From Balanoglossus misakiensis (taxonomy: Eukaryota; Animalia; Hemichordata), in the NCBI GenBank assembly GCA_040954595.2, contig CM082579.2, positions 10,467,625 through 10,531,624 on the forward strand: DNA of 64,000 nucleotides, in the 5' to 3' direction. The position numbers and the translations under genes are program-made. Below are positions 60,887 through 64,000 of this stretch, one piece after another (within the stretch, counting starts at the first letter, position 1; each line of letters begins with the position of its first letter). Under the pieces are notes generated by a model, which worked only from the letters and a program-made list of their open reading frames with translations, ran no database searches and had not been told where the DNA came from.

Positions 60887-61635
60887 GGCTGCATTCACAA
60901 ACACTTCTGGAGGGGGGGGGGGGCGGGAGAATTCAATTTTTTTACCGCTAATTTTCACATGCCCCCCGTACACAACCTGAAATATTTTCAAATCCCCCCT
61001 TCCGAGCTGCCAAAATTTTGAAATCCCCCCCCCCCTTTTTCTTTCTCGGGGCAAAACACATCACCTATCTATCTTGTAAAAAAGAAAAACAGCGCTCCCA
61101 TGAAAAGAATTTGAAACTGATGTTTCCCCTTATCAGTGGGTATTAAAACTGAACATTGTTTGTAATTTTTTAAGTATTTGTATTTGTGTTGGGAGACATT
61201 GTAAACCGAGAATGGAAGGGGTGGGTTTGGGAGGGGTGTCCCCCTCCCACGTAAGAAAATGTTATAAAATACAGAACTCAAAGCTGCATTTTAATGAACC
61301 CGGCAAAAGCAAATTAACTCAACTACCGGTATGTTGGGGGGGACAAATTTAACCGTCACCGCTCAAAGTTATCATGGGGTGGGGGCAAGTCCCCTGACCT
61401 GGGACACTAGATAAACCAGTCAATGATTGAAGGGTGTTGATGAATGGAGGGGGTGTCCCCCTCCCACATTGGAAAATTTTGTAAAATAAAGGGCGCGAAA
61501 CGGCATTTTTGTGGACTCAAAATAAATATTTAGTCGTCAAAGTTTTCAAGTCCCCCCTTTCAGTCCCTCAATTTTTTCAAATCCCCCCCCCCTCAATTCT
61601 CCCGCCCCCCTCCAGAGGTGTTTGTGAATGCAGCC
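60887..61635. mobile_element. PIF/Harbinger-type MITE with a different TIR
   Basis: TTA|ggctgcattcacaaacac.tctggaggggg ... ccccctccagaggtgtttgtgaatgcagcc|TTA; internal modules shared with the 1024 and 14407 family. Confidence 0.85.
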
Positions 61636-62769
61636 TTAACATGACACAATTGGTCATAATTTCTGGGAATGAGATGGCGAATCACAGACGCATGCAGTCG
61701 TTTCTGTCGTGTGTATCAAAAGCCCCTTAGCAAGATGTGAAAATTCGTCTCATAAAACAGATTTCACCCCACCTCTCTGAATAGGATAGACACATGCTAT
61801 TCAGAAAACGGGTAAATTATTTTGTCGCAAAAATGCTCAATATTCAGGTTACGTTACCACGGCCGCAACATTGCCTTAATATACGAAATAAAGTACGAAT
61901 AAAAATGCAGACTTTTAATTCAACATGAATGCGACGTCGGAATTTATCACATCTGCTGACAATTAAAGCTACCACAACATCGTACAATGCCACGTCAATC
62001 CTTATCAAGCAAAGATAACTGTTGTCATATTTTCATCCTTCCCTTGTAAACAGTTTACATTGACGCATTTTGCAACCTCGAAAATTGAACAGGAGACCTC
62101 GCCTCTGTGCGCGACGCGTCATTGCTGCATGTAAACATCAGACGTTGCCCTCTCACCCATAGAACTGAGACAATCCAGGCCCGTAGGCCCACAGGGTCAA
62201 AATGCGTGACGTGCAACTGAGTAGATAGACAATGCAGTTTATTCACGAAACTCTACGTGAATCTTTACCAGAAGGCGAAGTTACACCTTTCATTCGCTGA
62301 GGGCGCTGATGCAGCGGACTATTAACTAGGGAGTCCTTTACGTAGTAATTAGAAGCCCGTATAAACCAGTCAAATCGTATAAATAACCACCCTCATGTTT
62401 AGATATCTGACAGTACACTTGCAATATGTTTGACTAACCATACGGTAGACTGGGTTGACAAAAAGTGCACAGGTAAGCAATCTTCTCCCAACTATACATC
62501 ACAGATAACATACATCGTACATGTATATACATTCTTTACATTGCTTTATTTCAATTCTTACTATGAAGGGGCATGGCTGCAAAATTTTGTAATTTCAAAG
62601 CTGAAAATGAAGATTTTGTTCAATTGAGAGATGACTTTCATGGAACTTGTAGATTTCTGAGCCTGTTTGCCATGTGTATACATGTATATACTATGGACCG
62701 GAAGTTCTGTGCGCAACACAATCCCCGAGGGTGACTTTTAATTCAGTTTTAACAAAATACCGACTTGAC

Positions 62770-64000
62770 AAGATATGCACGTTGACCTTGAAGCCAAAGT
62801 GAAAGAAGTAATAGAAACAAAACTGGGTCTGTCTGGTACGTTTATTATTGAACGCGCTCAACGACTTTATGGAACGGTCAAAGGCTGTAGACCCATCATC
62901 GCCACGTTTTCGCTTTTCAAAGACAAAGAACAAGTGGTGCGTATCGCATTCAAACTGAAAGACACAGGTGTCAGCAGCGACGAAGACTTCGTGCCACGTA
63001 CTCGTCTTATCCGGAACAATCTGATAACTTCATAAGTGGCTGCTCTATGGGTTTAATTGAAATTTTCTACCTTTTCTTTGTCGATGATTTAGTTTTGATT
63101 GCGGAAAACAAAGATAAAACTCCCGAGACTTTTTAATCAGTTGGGTAAATTATTGTGATAAGTACAAATTGACTGAATTTAGACAAGACAAATATTATGG
63201 TTTTCAGAAAAGGGGGTAGATTAAGACACTACGAAAAATGGAGTTACAAAGGCAAGCCTATTGAAGTTGTCCCTTATTTTAAATATTTGGGTATAGTACT
63301 ATCAAGCAGGGGTGTGTGGACAAAGACACAGTCAGTACTAGCAGACCAAGCTTCCAAAGCCACTTTTTTATTAACAGCTCGCCTAAAATCCCTGGGCGAT
63401 GTTCCTATTAAATGTGTCTCAAGATTTCCGATTCCAAAATATTGTCCATTCTTACATATGGAAGTGAAGTTTGGGGTTATGTTGAAGCGCCAGTCATTGA
63501 ACGTGTCCATATTAAATTTTGTAAATCCAAAATTTAATATGAACACGTTCAATGGCTGGCGCTCTATTTTGAGATAAATTGCGTTAAAAATTTTGCCCAT
63601 AGACAAACCATTAGTGAAAAATGCTGAGTCAGCAGTTTTCTTCTATTATCGACTAAATTCATGGCTCTGTATTTAAAAACAAGCGCGGCGACCCCTATAT
63701 TTTATTACGGATTTTCATTATACATACAAAGGAGAATCCAAAAATCCACAATTAAAAAAAATGACAATACTTTCAATTTTACTGAACGTACATCCAAATA
63801 CCCAAGCGAATAATGCAGCAACCAGAGGTGAGGTTGGGAGGTGCACCATGCGTACAATGAGACTTCATAGAATAATGAATTACTGGTTAAGAATGTTACA
63901 AATGGGCGAAAATAGATACGTTCATCATGCATATCTTGAACAGCACAGCATGGCTGAGAGAGGGATTGAATGCTGGGCAAAAGCAATTTTGTTTTACTGA
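62770..64000 (+). mobile_element. Degenerate LINE: ORF1 fragment plus RT C-terminal region, interrupted by a MITE piece (about 63540-63796)
   Basis: ORF1-like IERAQRL...RPIIATFSLFKDKEQV...EDF; then FVDDLVL (YADD-like), KTNIMVFRKGG, FKYLGIVLS, and after the insert AATRGEVGR...YWLRMLQM. Frameshifted; runs off the window. Confidence 0.8.

Overview
AT-rich, intron-containing eukaryotic DNA, most consistent with an invertebrate deuterostome such as a hemichordate (inference from gene content and repeat types; not provable here). Seven host genes can be reconstructed: two tandem 8-exon carotenoid cleavage oxygenases (BCO/RPE65 family, minus), a PDGF/VEGF growth factor with CXCXC repeats (plus), a DGAT2/MOGAT acyltransferase (plus), pirin (minus; one in-frame stop and one GC-AG intron), a GH27 alpha-N-acetylgalactosaminidase/alpha-galactosidase (plus) and an SLC35G/EamA transporter with a single coding exon (minus). 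There are also many MITEs, LINE fragments and microsatellites. Two things stand out. (1) The GH27 gene has a tandem pair of equal-length (270 nt) active-site exons separated by only 38 nt, which looks like sterically enforced mutually exclusive splicing that swaps the nucleophile and sugar-specificity loop. (2) A young 3.65-kb non-autonomous element at 33800-37450 has Ngaro/PAT-type split direct repeats, a recombinase-like dyad at its internal junction, an intron-split gag-like gene, an intronic array of about 36 near-identical stem-loops, a cloverleaf RNA-like module and an unexpected perfect 12-bp target duplication. All coordinates were read by hand and may be off by a few bases.
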